Of a DNA stretch of 64,000 nt, positions 28,460-42,667 are shown one piece after another. Below the pieces are notes generated by a model. That model was not told the origin of the DNA, did not search any database, and saw only the letters and a program-made list of their open reading frames with translations. Origin of the DNA: Chrysomallon squamiferum (lineage: Eukaryota; Animalia; Mollusca). Position 1 is the first letter of the stretch; every line of letters starts with the position of its first letter. A program made the position numbers and the translations under genes. Location of the stretch: assembly GCA_012295275.1 (NCBI GenBank), contig CM022677.1:18166001-18230000 (forward strand). The letters are read 5' to 3'.

Positions 28460-29080
28460 CAACAAGAACAACAACAAGAACAACAGCAACAACAACAATA
28501 AGATACTTAATTTACATTCCACTAAAACGAATACAAAAACAGAGATACAATCACAGTTTTATACAATACGTTGAAATAACTACGTAATAATGACGTCATA
28601 GGATGTTGAAATTACGTTATAATGAGATTTTAAATTAATGGCATAATAAAACATTGAAATAATTTAATAAAACACGGATGTTACGGTATAAGATGTTGAA
28701 ATGAAACACTTTAAAGATAACGTAGTAAATCATTGAAATAAAAACATGTTGAAATATCGATATAAAATATTGAAAATAACAATATAAAACGTTAAAAAAT
28801 TACAACATGAAATATTCAAAATAACAACATAATAAAACTGAAATAAATCTTGCAAGAAATGTTTGATTCGTTTAAAAAATATCTTTTATTATCCGGAAAA
28901 GATAAAAAAAAAAAAAAAAAAAGGATCGGAAATAAATGATATTTTATAAATGGATTGTGCACATTAACATAAATTTTTGAATACTGAAGGAAATAAAAGA
29001 TATGAAAATAATGCGGGATATTGATAACATAAATAAAACATAACAACAGAAAGAAACAAATAAACAAATCAGAAAAAGAA

Positions 29081-29127
<47 letters not shown>

Positions 29128-29929
29128 TAATGATGGTGATGATGATGTTCATGATAATAATAATAATAATAATAATAAATTAAAATAACGTATAATTCCT
29201 TTCATTTTATGATTTAAGAGATATATTTATTATACCTTTTTTTCTAAACTAATTTAAATGTGTAAAGATTGGTTTCAGCAATATAAGATATGTCACCATT
29301 TATATTTTTACTGAGTAGATGCTGAAAAACTCTAGATATTAGCGTACCGAATTATTAAAAATTATTAGTAATAATTATTAGTAATAATTAAAAATGTGGC
29401 AACAAACAAACAAACAAATCTCTAAATCTATATCTATAATTTGTCTATCTATCTATATATATATATCTGTGTGTCTGTGTGTGTGTCTGTCTATATATAT
29501 ATATATAACGTACATTCGTATGTAAGAAGTATTCCAGCTTACGTTACAAGGGAAACTGCAGTCGCAACCAAAAAATTCGACAAAGGCCTACGTCCTGTAC
29601 AAGAAATTATAGAAGAAAATATTTGTTCTGTTCGGGTCCATCTCTTTTGTTTTCAGCATGATTTGTATATATTTATATTTTCTCATTACTATATAAAATT
29701 TCTTAAAATTTTAAAACACAAAATAGAAAAGATAAATCTTGTTCAGAAGCTTGCAAAGACTTTTTGTAAACGACAAACTATTTCCGTGAAAGCGAGGCCA
29801 CCGCACCCAGAGTTTTTCTGTTTTATTTGTTTTCGTCAGAGCTAAATTTTAGCAAGGGCATTCTATAACTTGGTTACCAAAGCCAATATTTCTCTCAATG
29901 TGAGTGTATGTGTGTGTGTGTGTGTGTGC

Positions 29930-30011
<82 letters not shown>

Positions 30012-30369
30012 AGAATTTACATTTTTCGATGAGAGTTAAAATGAATGCCTGTTTGAGATTAGAGATGAAATACGAACACAAGAGAGAATTTTTACATTTT
30101 TTTCATGCAAAGGTTTGTCGTTGTGTCGTAGTTAACGTTAGTGGTTTTTATTAATACATTTATTTTCGTTGTTGTTTCTGTCATTTATTAAATACAAACC
30201 GAAAATACAATTCCACCAATAAAATTGTACAAGATCTGCTCTTGTTCATTTCGCTGTTGTATTCAAACTGAAAGCAGACAAGACAAATGAGGACAATTTA
30301 ACTACAAAATATATTTAATAAAATAATAATAATAAAACGAAGTAAAATAAAACCAAAGTTAAATATAAT

Positions 30370-30655
30370 ATAAAATATAACATAATGTAATGTAACGTAA
30401 TGTAATGTAATGCAATATAATATAATGTAATGTAATGTAATATAATGTAATGTAATATAATGTAATATAAAATATAATATAATATAATGTAATGTAATGT
30501 AATGTAATGCAATAATAAATATAATGTAATATAATATAATGTAATGTAATATAATATAATATAATATAATATAATAATATAATATAATGTAATGTAATGT
30601 AATAAAATATAATGTAACATAATCTAACATAATATAATATAATGTAAAATAAAAT
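30370..30655. repeat. (TAATG/TAATA)n pentanucleotide satellite
   Basis: Directly visible. Confidence 0.9.
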
Positions 30656-30713
30656 AATAAAATAACTAAGAACGCTGCTAGAACCAGTTAATTAAGTTTC
30701 TGTTAGATAGCAA

Positions 30714-30773
<60 letters not shown>

Positions 30774-30887
30774 ACAGTAAAATTAGCGAGTAAAATAACA
30801 ATTCAATCATACCAACAGTCTTTTAAGTGCTGGTAACAAAAATCGTTGATTTAAGAAAGGAATTAATTATCGGAGCATATTAATAGT

Positions 30888-31199
30888 TTACCAACTCACG
30901 AACAAAATATTTTATATATATATATATATAAACTTGATGAAAGAAAACGTCACATTCAACAGTCAACAGAATTTTCATTAGATGAAAAAATTCTTTTCAA
31001 CTGACTGTAAGTAAGGATTAATCAGAATTACGCAAAGAAGGATTTTTTTTTTTTTTTTTAATTAAAATTTTAATCAGCTTTTAATACAGTGATGTAATTT
31101 GATTGACAGCTTAGTTTGATGAAGAAATCTTTATAAAAGAAGGTAGAAAAATTATCGACATTTCAGAAGAAATTTGTGGAAGAATTTTGCAACATATTG
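30888..31199 (+). promoter_or_regulatory. Promoter and non-coding exon 1 of GPCR A5
   Basis: TTACCAACTCACGAAC 30888; 18-mer 30935-30952; TGATTGACAG 31100-31109; TATAAAA 31132-31138; donor GTAAGT at 31200; acceptor ttgcAG at 32264-32265. Confidence 0.75.
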
Positions 31200-32276
31200 G
31201 TAAGTGTATACACGTATTAATTAGCTATTCCAATATCTACTACTATCACCAATATTATTATGAATATCTAGTATCTACAATCGCTATTACTACTACTGAC
31301 TACTACTAATTCTACTTTTACTAATACAAATATTAGCAGTAATAATAACAACAACAACAATAATAATAAGAAGAAGAACAACAACAACAAGACTAATCAG
31401 AATATTCATTATAATAATAATAATAATAAAACAAGACTGTAGCGACAAGATGCTAGACATTGTGATTTATTATTTCATTTTATTTTAAATATTTTGTTCT
31501 TATCTTAATCGAAAATGTTATTTTAAAAGAAAAAAAATTAAAATATCTCTCTCTTACTCAGAAAATGTATTCTTGGTTCTTTATACTGCAAAATAAATAC
31601 TTTTTAATCCTCACGAACTTCAAATTTAAAATGTTAAAACAATTTTTAAACAAAACTTTTCCGTAAAATATCTGTCCATTACTTCGATACTCTCTCTCTG
31701 AACCATGTTTTACTTCTCTTTCAGTATATGTCTGTGCGTGTATGTTAGCATAAATAAATATATATATATACATACGCACATAAATACAAACACAGACACA
31801 GACATACACATCCAAATACACACACCCATAGACTGTTTCGATATATATAAATATCGCTCACTTGAAAAATGTGTTTAAAGGAGTAAAATAAAATAAAATG
31901 TATGAGATGGAAATATCAAGCTCGCTGTAATAGACAGATGTTTATCAGAGAAAGGTGGCTGTAAAAAAATTTGACGATAAAAGATTTATCAGTTTATATA
32001 AATAAGCTAAATCTTACTTAAATTGTGTCTACCTAAAGTTAGATAACTTAAGGAAAAAAAATAAGCGAATAAATAGATAGACTAATAAATAAATCAGTAA
32101 ATAAATAAATAAAGAAGTCAAATTAAAAATGATACTTTATATATGTATATATTTTATTTCTCTTTCTCTCACTTTCTCTTATAATTGTTCTCATTATTTT
32201 GATCCTTGTTGTTGTCGTCGTCGTCGTTGTTGTTGTTGTTATTATTATTATTATTATTATTGCAGATGTTAATTAG

Positions 32277-33404
32277 ATGAATATGAATACGACATCTGTC
32301 ATGACGGAGTCAACATCAAAGTACATCGGCAGTACAGACGGATTCGAATTGACTAACCTGTCCAGCACAATATCACCTCTGACAAATTCACTGTATTTTA
32401 ATTTACGTGGAATTGGCTATTTTAGTCTCGTAGTAATTGTAGATATACTGGGAGCCATCGGAAACGCACTGCAGTTTATTCTGATGAACGATTCAAAGAT
32501 ATCTCTCTTCTCCTACTCAGTTTACATGAAATTTCTGAGTTTCTCTGACACCTTGTTGCTAGGCACGGAACTGTTCCGAGAGTCCGAGTTCCACTTTCGT
32601 ATTCCAAGGACTGTTGACGTCAGCAATTTCTGGTGTAAATTTCTGAATGTACTGCGTCTATTTCCCATGTTCCTCTCGCCTTGGCTGATCGTAGGACTGA
32701 CTCTAGACAGATACGTCTGTGTCAATTTCCCACTGTCACGTGACTGCTTTTGCACGAGAACGAAAGCGTTGGTCGTCTGCTGGTCTATGGTTCTCGTTAT
32801 TTTCGTTCTGCACATCCCGATTCTTGTCATGGTTGAAATAAACGACGGTGTATGCTATCCATCAAAAGAAGCTGGATTTCTGATCATTGCCTATCGAGTA
32901 GTTCTCTCGTCCACACTTCCGTGTGTCTGTATCTTCGTCCTCAACGTCATGATCATCGCGCACGTGCAACGGAGCAACGAATTCAGGAACACCTTCATGA
33001 AACCTGTCAAACAATCCACCAATCAGAAGCAAGATAACGCCACGCGCCCTCTCGTTCTCGTTTCCGTTCTTGCTCTGCTAACAGTTCTACCCGCTACTGT
33101 CAATGACGCTGTTTATACAATTTTGAAACTTAGCAAATCGTACGTATTCGCGTTTGGTTTATCTGGCAGTCTTTGGCCGCTCTTCAATATCATCTATTTG
33201 TTAAACTTTGCTCAGAATTTTTACATTCTGATGGGAAGTGCCAGGAACTACAGAAAAATCATGTTAAAGAAATTTAGATGTTTGAAGACGTCAGTGGATA
33301 GAAGGACACATACAAAGAAAATGTCGTCTGAAAATTCAAGTTCTGCCAGTAACCATCTGCCGTCTATTTCTGGAATCGTTGCAGTGACTGACGTAGTAAA
33401 GTAA
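32277..33404 (+). CDS. Orphan class A GPCR, subfamily A copy 5, 375 aa
   Basis: Complete 7TM ORF (TLDRY, NFAQNFY). Confidence 0.93.
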   Translation: MNMNTTSVMTESTSKYIGSTDGFELTNLSSTISPLTNSLYFNLRGIGYFSLVVIVDILGAIGNALQFILMNDSKISLFSYSVYMKFLSFSDTLLLGTELFRESEFHFRIPRTVDVSNFWCKFLNVLRLFPMFLSPWLIVGLTLDRYVCVNFPLSRDCFCTRTKALVVCWSMVLVIFVLHIPILVMVEINDGVCYPSKEAGFLIIAYRVVLSSTLPCVCIFVLNVMIIAHVQRSNEFRNTFMKPVKQSTNQKQDNATRPLVLVSVLALLTVLPATVNDAVYTILKLSKSYVFAFGLSGSLWPLFNIIYLLNFAQNFYILMGSARNYRKIMLKKFRCLKTSVDRRTHTKKMSSENSSSASNHLPSISGIVAVTDVVK

Positions 33405-33474
33405 ACATATATATGTGTGTATACATTCATAAATAGAAACCTATATATATACATATATGGATACATGCTTACAT

Positions 33475-33537
<63 letters not shown>

Positions 33538-33691
33538 AAAATGAATAATTTTATTGTACTGCAGCTTTATACGACATTTTTAAAGATGGCGTCGCTCATT
33601 TCTTGCACTGCAGGGAGTTTTTTGTTTGTTTGTTTTTCGAATCACAGGATCCTGCAGTCTGCAATCGCCAAACGCTTGCCGTTTCATTATA

Positions 33692-34273
33692 CAGGGTGTC
33701 CCAAAGGTAACCGAACCGCAAACTTAAATAAAATTAGATATTAAAAATAACAAATTTAATTCCATCTTTTATGTCATTTTATGTTATCTTTTCTACTATT
33801 CATTTACTTCTGTCAGTAGTAGTCTTTGGAATGATTTTTTGTTACCTGATTGTAGTGTTCTTCGTGATCGAGACTTCTGTTTTACCACGACAACGCAGAC
33901 GTCTGTGACGCGGTCTTTTAATACTGTTCTTGTTCTCATAGGCGTTCCGTGTTCTTTCTCTCGCAACTCACTCCCCGGATCTGACAACACCTGATTTCTT
34001 TCTGTGGGGAGTCCTAAAAAAAACGCAGTTTATGCTAATAAACCTAGGACCATTGATCAACTGAAACAAAGTATTCAGCACGAATGGAACCAAATTTCAG
34101 TTGAAACTTGCTAAAAAGTATGTCGCTGTGTTGTCAAAAGGTGTCGTGATTGTACTGAAGTTCAAGGTAGACATTTTGAACATTTGTAAATACTAAATAT
34201 GCAGATTAAATTTGTTGTTTTTAATATCTAATTTTATTTAAGTTTGCGGTTCGGTTACTTTTGGGACATCCTG
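33692..34273 (+). mobile_element. Internally deleted Tc1/mariner-superfamily transposon (DDxD type, maT/rosa-like)
   Basis: About 70-bp TIRs CAGGGTGTCCCAAAGGTAACCGAACCGCAAAC.../...GTTTGCGGTTCGGTTACTTTTGGGACATCCTG with TA on both sides. Internal transposase C-terminus SPDLTTPDFFLWGVLK..VYANKPRTIDQLK...GRHFEHL*. The paralogous spacer near 25795-25825 lacks the element. Confidence 0.9.
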
Positions 34274-35162
34274 TATTTATGTTTTATACTCGCAGCGATA
34301 ATTTTCAAGTGGAAAAGATGATGCGGATAGCCCAGCTCGGAGCTCTGTTTTAAAGCATATTAAAACATAAATACACATTATGGTTATTGTGAGTTTTATT
34401 ACGTGCAGAATAAGTTTTGTGAATCAGTTCGATGTATTTGCAATTGTAATTTAAGAGAATAAAATCATCATTCCGTTGTGATTTATTTTTCTTGTGGTCA
34501 CTGGTGTGATGTATCTGAATAAAGATTGAAAACATGTTAAAAAAAAAAAAAAAAAATACAGTTAAAAAAAAAAAAAAAAAATAATGAAAGAAAAGGGGCT
34601 ATATAATACAGAAACGTAATAAAGTGTTGTGTTGTTCAGATGTCATTCATTTCAATATAGCGTTTATTCCTAACTTTAGCGGAGATGGAAAGCTAAATCT
34701 CTATGTTTTAATATTAATATCTTGTCAATAAACGTAAATGCTTAACATTTAAATTTTAATGTGTTTGTTAGGTGTCTATTTCATTTTATTTAGTTACTTA
34801 GTGAACTGTGACTAATAAAAAGCTTGACCTGTTATTTGAATTTGTTTTTTATTAACTTATGTCAGTTTACTAACTATTCATTGTTTTTGTAGTGTAACAT
34901 AGAAATGTCCTCACCTAGTTTTAAGTACACCCAGGCTGAAACAGAAACACAGAGCCTGAGAGAGAGAAGAAACGAAATGGAAAGAAATATAAACCCACCT
35001 ATTTATATAGACAGACAGACAGACAGACAAACACGCACAGAGTGAAGAAACTGCATCACATTCGAGAGAAAAACCCATTTATTCTTATGAACATGATGAT
35101 ACTAATACTAATACAAATAAAAGTAATAATAATAATAATGATAATAATAATAATAATAATAA

Positions 35163-35193
<31 letters not shown>

Positions 35194-35562
35194 AAGAAGA
35201 AGAAGAAGAAATAACAATAAATAATAACAAACACTCAGTTCAAACAAGTCATTTATTATGTTATCTTAAAAAACAAAACAAAAAAATAGTTTGTGCTTTA
35301 CTTAACCAGAGATAATCTGCTACAACCATTTACAAATATAGTAATTAAAAAATATCTTTAATGTATATAAACAGTAAGCATGCTGCTAAGTCAGTTATAT
35401 ATCCTCTTCTGATACGATGTAGATAACAGATCTTAGTATACGTATATGATATTCTATTATTTTATCTTTTGCGATTTAGCAGGCAGCTTCAAGATATCCG
35501 TTCATTAATACGTCGCCTTCTTATATTAGCCTTTTCGATTTAATTTATATAGATCTTGGTAT

Positions 35563-35597
<35 letters not shown>

Positions 35598-35603
35598 TAA
35601 TTT

Positions 35604-35715
<112 letters not shown>

Positions 35716-35974
35716 TTCATTCACTTATGTATTTATTTACGGTAGATAGTCTGTATGTTGATATGATAGAAGGGTGACTGCATACATCCACTCAGTAATA
35801 TCAGATGTGTCTTTATTTTTCTTTCTTGATTTTTTTTTTTTTAAATAATGACTTCGCAGAGAAGAATAGTGACTGTATTAACAATTAAATAAATCAGATT
35901 TCATTATTTCACTGCTTTATTGAGTCTTAAGGAAAGGACAGAACTCCATTTGTTCAGTCTGCAATGCTTTTTGT

Positions 35975-36428
<454 letters not shown>

Positions 36429-37449
36429 TGTAGATGAATAATTTTATAGACATATGCTATTTATCTTCTTCCTTTTTTTTCCCGTCTAATCCCAGCGATT
36501 CAAAAACAACTTGACCCATAGTCTTTTACCAAGCTAAATGAAAAAATTCTCAAGAAATCATTAACTGCAGTATTGTCTTGCATAACTCAAAATTGATTTG
36601 TTGTACTAAGGAAAATGCATCTTTATTTAATAACCATCATTTAGCAGGGTAATGTGTTACAACATTGATTTCTTATCAGTTTTTCTCTTTTTGTTTATCT
36701 TTTAAGTTATTAGGGTAGAGTGCTAAATGAGTTCGGTTAGGTGAAAGTGTCCGATGGAAATCAGGAAATCTATATGTGTGTCTCTGTGTTTGCGTGTAAG
36801 TGTGTGTGTGTTTATATTCATACATAGTGTACAAAACACACACACAAACACAGACACACAATCTCACAGAAATACTCATAAACATACACACACACACTTC
36901 GACATACACACACAGACATGCACACGCACTGCATAAACATTTGCATACATACGTACACATAAACATATACAAGCACCACAAGAAAATACACATACACGTC
37001 CTCACATGCTCTTATAGATGCATACAAGTACACATATACATGTATTCACACATACACCCACATATATACACTCATAAACACACCACATACAATCACCCAA
37101 ACAAACACATACAGTATTACAGATAAATATACACACATAAACACAAACATACACACAGGCAGAGACAAATTCACACACAAACAAACACACACACACGTAC
37201 ATACAAAAGTGCACACTATAAATGTCAATACTTTACTGCAGTCTAAATGATTACTAATTGTCACTATGTCTCTTTGTTGGATGTCTTTTATGTGAAAATT
37301 TCGATTTATTCATTGCAAACCGGAGCTAGAAAAACAGATCAATTCATCAGCTAAAGCATATGTGGATGGATTTGACGAAAAAACATAGAGACACAGTTAG
37401 GTAGGTAGGTATATAGGCAAATAACTATATTTTAGATTGCTGGGTACCT

Positions 37450-37534
<85 letters not shown>

Positions 37535-38370
37535 GACACACACACATACATACATACATATGACAGAAATAAAAAAGGGACATATGGAGGGGTGAATGGA
37601 TAAATAAATAGGATTAGTAATTAAATTCTTTATTTACATAGAAAATAAAAATACATCATTGGTTTCATCTTACTGTTTCAAGTAACACAACATTTACTGA
37701 TTCCTCAAAATATTGATTATAACAAAATAATTACTCAGATTATTTAGCTGTACTATAAACTATAATAATGATGATGATGATGATGATGATGATAATAATA
37801 ATAATTAAAATAATAATAATAATAAAAACAATAATAATGATGACGATGGTGATGTTTATAAAAACAGCACAGCAGCAACAACAACAGTAATAATAAAAAT
37901 AATAGTGATGTTGATAATGTGATACACTCAATTTACATTCCATTAAAACGAATATTAAAACAAAGATACAATTACAGTTTTATTCAATACGTTGAACAAA
38001 CTACGTCATAAGCCTTTGAAATAATGACGTAATTTGATGTTGAAATAACGTCATAATAAAATGTTGAAATAAGATGTCAGTAAAACACTGAAATAACTAA
38101 ATAAAACACTTGAATGATAACTTAGTAACTGATTGAAATAAAAACATAATAACACGGCAAAATAACAATATAAAATGGCGCAAGAATAATTGGATTGGTA
38201 TCAAAGATGGGTCATATTTCTTAGCTAATAACCAAAATCAGTTGCCTCCCTTTATTATAACGTTAAGTAGTAAACGAGATTTTATAAACGGATTGTGTAC
38301 ATTAACATACATTTTTGAATACTGATAAATAAGTAAATAATAAGAACAACAATAGTAATATAATATTAAT

Positions 38371-38448
<78 letters not shown>

Positions 38449-38662
38449 ATAATAAATAATAATTAATACAAGACATAATTTCTCTGCTTTTATTTTACCA
38501 TTCAAGAGATCTACAATATATTTTTTCCTAAAGAAATTTAAATATTTAAAGATGGTTCTATCAATGAAAGAAATGTCACCGTTTCTATTGTTATTGAGAA
38601 GATGGTGAAAATCATTGCTCTAAATATCAGCGTACAAATAATTAGTAATAATTTAAAAGGTG

Positions 38663-38707
<45 letters not shown>

Positions 38708-38767
38708 TAAAAAATTCACAATGTATATATCTATATCTATAATCTGTATTTCTATCTATCTTTCTCT

Positions 38768-38822
<55 letters not shown>

Positions 38823-38919
38823 ATTCGTATGTAAGAAGCATTCCACCTTACGCCTAACAGAAACTGCAATCGCAACCAAAAAAGTCGCCAAAGGCCTACG
38901 TCCAGTACAAGAAATTATA

Positions 38920-39040
38920 CGTTCGAGTCTCGTCAGCGACATCTGACGGGTTTGTGAGGTCGTGATTGGACTTTGTCCTCCTGCGCCAGTGCGTTCCCGA
39001 ATATTGTCTATGTGCAGAGTCTAATCAGACGTACTTAAGT
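38920..39040 (+). mobile_element. tRNA-derived SINE-like repeat, 5'-truncated copy
   Basis: GTTCGAGTC B-box-like motif followed by a body of about 120 bp shared with the copies at 43410-43556, 57280-57460 and 59008-59167. Confidence 0.65.
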
Positions 39041-39983
39041 ACATTTTTCTCTTCCACGGTTTAAATGTCTATTTGAGATTTTTAGGGCATTTACAAAATA
39101 CAAAAAGAAAAAAGTTCTAAAAAGCATCTGTTAAATATATGTTAACTATTACGTCATATAAAAATCATTGTATTGTTTTAACACTTCAGAGTTGTAATTT
39201 AATACGATATGCGTATTAACGTTAGTGTTTTTATTATATTAATTTTTTGTTGTTGCTGTTTCAATCATTTCTAAAATGCTAGCCGAAAACACAGAGTTCT
39301 ACCAGGCAAATTCTACAATAATTACTCGTTGATATATTGTTCTTACCTCTGTTGTATAGAAACTAAACTAAAATATATTATTATAATAATAATATTTATA
39401 ATAATACTAACCATAAAATGAAGTAAAATAAAATAAAATAAATAATTAAATAAATAAATCCTAGCATCAGCCAGCAAATATATTTTTTTCTTTGCTGCGA
39501 CTTAAGAAATGATTGAAATTGCAACAGCATAATATATATAAATTTAAATAATTAACGATATCTCGGTAAAAGACTTCAAACTTTGATGTATTTTTAATAT
39601 TTCTACAAGTACTAGAAGTAGAAGAAGCAGTATAGATAGTAGTAGTAGTAGCAGTAGTTGTAGTATAGTGGTTATGGTAATGATAACTATTAGTATAAAA
39701 GAAAATCATTTACGGAAGTTTCCGACGGTTACCGATTCGACGTCAAAAAAAACATTACGTCAACAGTTGAATGACGTCATTAACAAACTAACTTAGCAGG
39801 GGAGGGATTTAAGTTTGGAAAGCACTAAATATCTCGGTAGGTATTAATTTATTTACCTAGAATAAATATAATATAATATAATATAATATAATATAATATA
39901 ATATAATATAATACAAAATAGATATACCATTGAAACTACTCTATTATGTAAAACAATGGTTGACAGAACACTTTAATGTTTTA

Positions 39984-41135
39984 TTACGAAAATTCTGACA
40001 GTGAAATATCACCCGTAGCCCTCATTTGATTCATATTCAACACAGAAGGAGAAATTTCTGTCAGCGACCGTCTTCGTTCTGTTGTCAGACTCGCGAAACA
40101 CTCAAATTTCTTTTTCACAATTTCTCTGTACTTCGCGGCACTTGCTACCAGAATGTAAAAATTCTGTCCGAAATTTAACATGTAAACCATGTTCCACAAC
40201 GGCCACAGTTTCTGTCCAATCTTCTGCGCGTCTTCGTTGACCTTCGTCAGCTTGAGAACGCCGTCGACGCATTCTGCAATGGCTATGGGGACGAGAGTGA
40301 AGAAGGCGAGAAGGGAGATAATTATCAACGCGCGTGAGCACCCGTCTTCCTCCGCTTTGCTGAACGTCAAACCGCTTCTTGCGAAACTGTTTCTGAACTT
40401 TTTGCTTCGCTTTACGCGAACGATAATCAGCACGTTGAGAAAGAGGATAAACACACAAGGGAGAGTCGACGAGATCAACAGACGAATGGAAATCAAGTAA
40501 TACACAAGGCCGCTGTCGGGAACGCATTCGTCGTTCTGCAACTTCACGTCCACGAGTACGGGCAAAACGAGAACGAGGCAAAGGAGATTTGTGGAGAGGC
40601 AAATCACGGAGGCTGTCCTACGGTTACAAACAACGTGACGTGACAGCGGCAACGTGACACAGACGAACCGATCGACGGTAAAACCGACCACCAGCCAAGG
40701 GGAGACAACTTTGACGAAGAAGCTGAACGCGTTGAGACTCTTACAGACGGCGCTGCTGACGTTTACGACGACGGGTAACTTGAAAACTTCTTCCGTCGAC
40801 TCGAACAAAGCCGTGATTAACAAGAGACTGTCGGTAACTGACAAAAATCGCAAATACACGGAATAGGAGAGAAAAGAAACTTGCTGGTCGTTCATGAGGA
40901 TAAACTGAAGAATATTCCCCGTGATTCCTAGTACGACTATCAGCAAATCAAAACTCCAGTAGACGGGGCCGTTGTCATGGTAATGCGGCCATCCGCTGAG
41001 AAATAATTCAGTGCTGTTGTTGTTGTCGTTGTTGTCGTTGACTGAGCAGTTGAAACATGCTGACGTTATCACCAACGATTCGTTACAGATGTCTCTAAGA
41101 TTATTATGAAGTCTCTGATCAGACGAGTTCGACAT
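39984..41135 (-). CDS. Orphan class A GPCR, subfamily B copy 1, 383 aa
   Basis: 7TM ORF with GN, SYSVYLRFLSVTD, VCK, DRF, LPC and NFGQNFY. Acceptor tttttcAG at 41152-41151. Confidence 0.92.
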   Translation of the reverse strand: MSNSSDQRLHNNLRDICNESLVITSACFNCSVNDNNDNNNSTELFLSGWPHYHDNGPVYWSFDLLIVVLGITGNILQFILMNDQQVSFLSYSVYLRFLSVTDSLLLITALFESTEEVFKLPVVVNVSSAVCKSLNAFSFFVKVVSPWLVVGFTVDRFVCVTLPLSRHVVCNRRTASVICLSTNLLCLVLVLPVLVDVKLQNDECVPDSGLVYYLISIRLLISSTLPCVFILFLNVLIIVRVKRSKKFRNSFARSGLTFSKAEEDGCSRALIIISLLAFFTLVPIAIAECVDGVLKLTKVNEDAQKIGQKLWPLWNMVYMLNFGQNFYILVASAAKYREIVKKKFECFASLTTERRRSLTEISPSVLNMNQMRATGDISLSEFS

Positions 41136-41465
41136 TTTCTCAAAATTAATCTGAAAAATTTAATGTAAACACCGTCAATGTTTTCTAGGTATCATCATCA
41201 TCATCATCATCAATAAAGATAACGCCATTTCTTCTACAACTACTTCAGCAACTAATACTAATACTACAGCTATTACAATTACTACTAGTACTACTGCAAA
41301 CTGCTGCTCAGACAACAACTACTATTAAACTACCACTACTTTTACACGTACTTACAGATGTAATACATGTATTACTACTACTACTACTACTATTATTACT
41401 ACTACTACTATTAGTAGTAGTATCGTTGTTGTTTTTGTTACTGTTACTATTATTGTTACTATTGC

Positions 41466-41496
<31 letters not shown>

Positions 41497-41589
41497 GTTA
41501 TTATCGATTTTTATTATTATTATTATTAATCATAATCAGCATCTTCGTTACTTTAATACCACCACTACTGTTAATAACACTATTGCAGA

Positions 41590-41591
41590 TT

Positions 41592-41623
<32 letters not shown>

Positions 41624-41630
41624 GCTACTG

Positions 41631-41698
<68 letters not shown>

Positions 41699-41753
41699 GC
41701 TGCTGCTGCTACTACTACTACTACTACTACTGCTACTACTACTACTACTACTG

Positions 41754-41791
<38 letters not shown>

Positions 41792-41795
41792 GCAA
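41590..41795. repeat. (ACT/GCT)n trinucleotide microsatellite in the B1 intron
   Basis: Directly visible. Confidence 0.9.
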
Positions 41796-42312
41796 ATACT
41801 TGTACTACCACTATTACTACGATTAGTACTCCAAGTACAACTTTAACTACTACTTCGGCTACTACCACTAATATTACTATTACAACTGTTACTATCATTA
41901 CTATTACCTGTTATAATAGTATTATAAAATATATACATACAAATAGGTAACAATACTACTAATACAACTAATGACGATGATGATAATGGTACTAAATAAA
42001 TAAATAAATGAATAAAGAAAGAAAGAAAAAAGTAAAAGAAAAAAGAAAAAGAAAATATAAGACTGATATATAGTTTTAATAAATGTTTTCAGTAATACAG
42101 TTTCCATTAATTTGTTTGCCTTGATTATACCCATATATATATATATATATATATGCATATTCTTTCTACGCTTTTCTGTATGATTTAGATTAAACCACAA
42201 CAATAAAATATTATCTCTATGTATCGGTTACACACCCTACTTAATACCATTTTCTTAAAATATAATTAAATAATTAATTAATTACACGTCTTATGAAAGA
42301 TGTTATACTCAC

Positions 42313-42667
42313 TGTTTTGTTTCTCTGATGTCATCTGGGAACATCAATTTGAAATGTCGCGTACATTTTTCGCCTTCTTTTATAAAGAGTTCTTCGAGAG
42401 CTACCTTGACCAATCACGTTTTACTCTTTGTTAAATTTCTCTCGTTTTAATTAAGCGATTATAAAAAGATTATAAAAAAAAAAAAAAAAAGAAGAGATAT
42501 ACAGAAAATAGGGGAAAAAAAAAAGGAAAAATACAGATATGTAAGAGCATCAATAATTTTTGCTCGGTAGATAATGAAAGCTGTATTCATATTATGCTGG
42601 TAAAGTTTTAATTTAAAATAAGACGTTTTCTTTCATCACGTTAACAAGCCCATTCATGACATGGTTA
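42313..42667 (-). promoter_or_regulatory. Promoter and non-coding exon 1 of GPCR B1
   Basis: Minus strand: TGATGAAAGAAAACGTCT 42638-42621; TGATTGG 42416-42410; gaagaactctttataaaagaaggcgaaaaat..gacatttca, which is homologous to the A core promoters (TATAAAA 42384-42378); donor GTGAGT at 42312. Confidence 0.75.
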
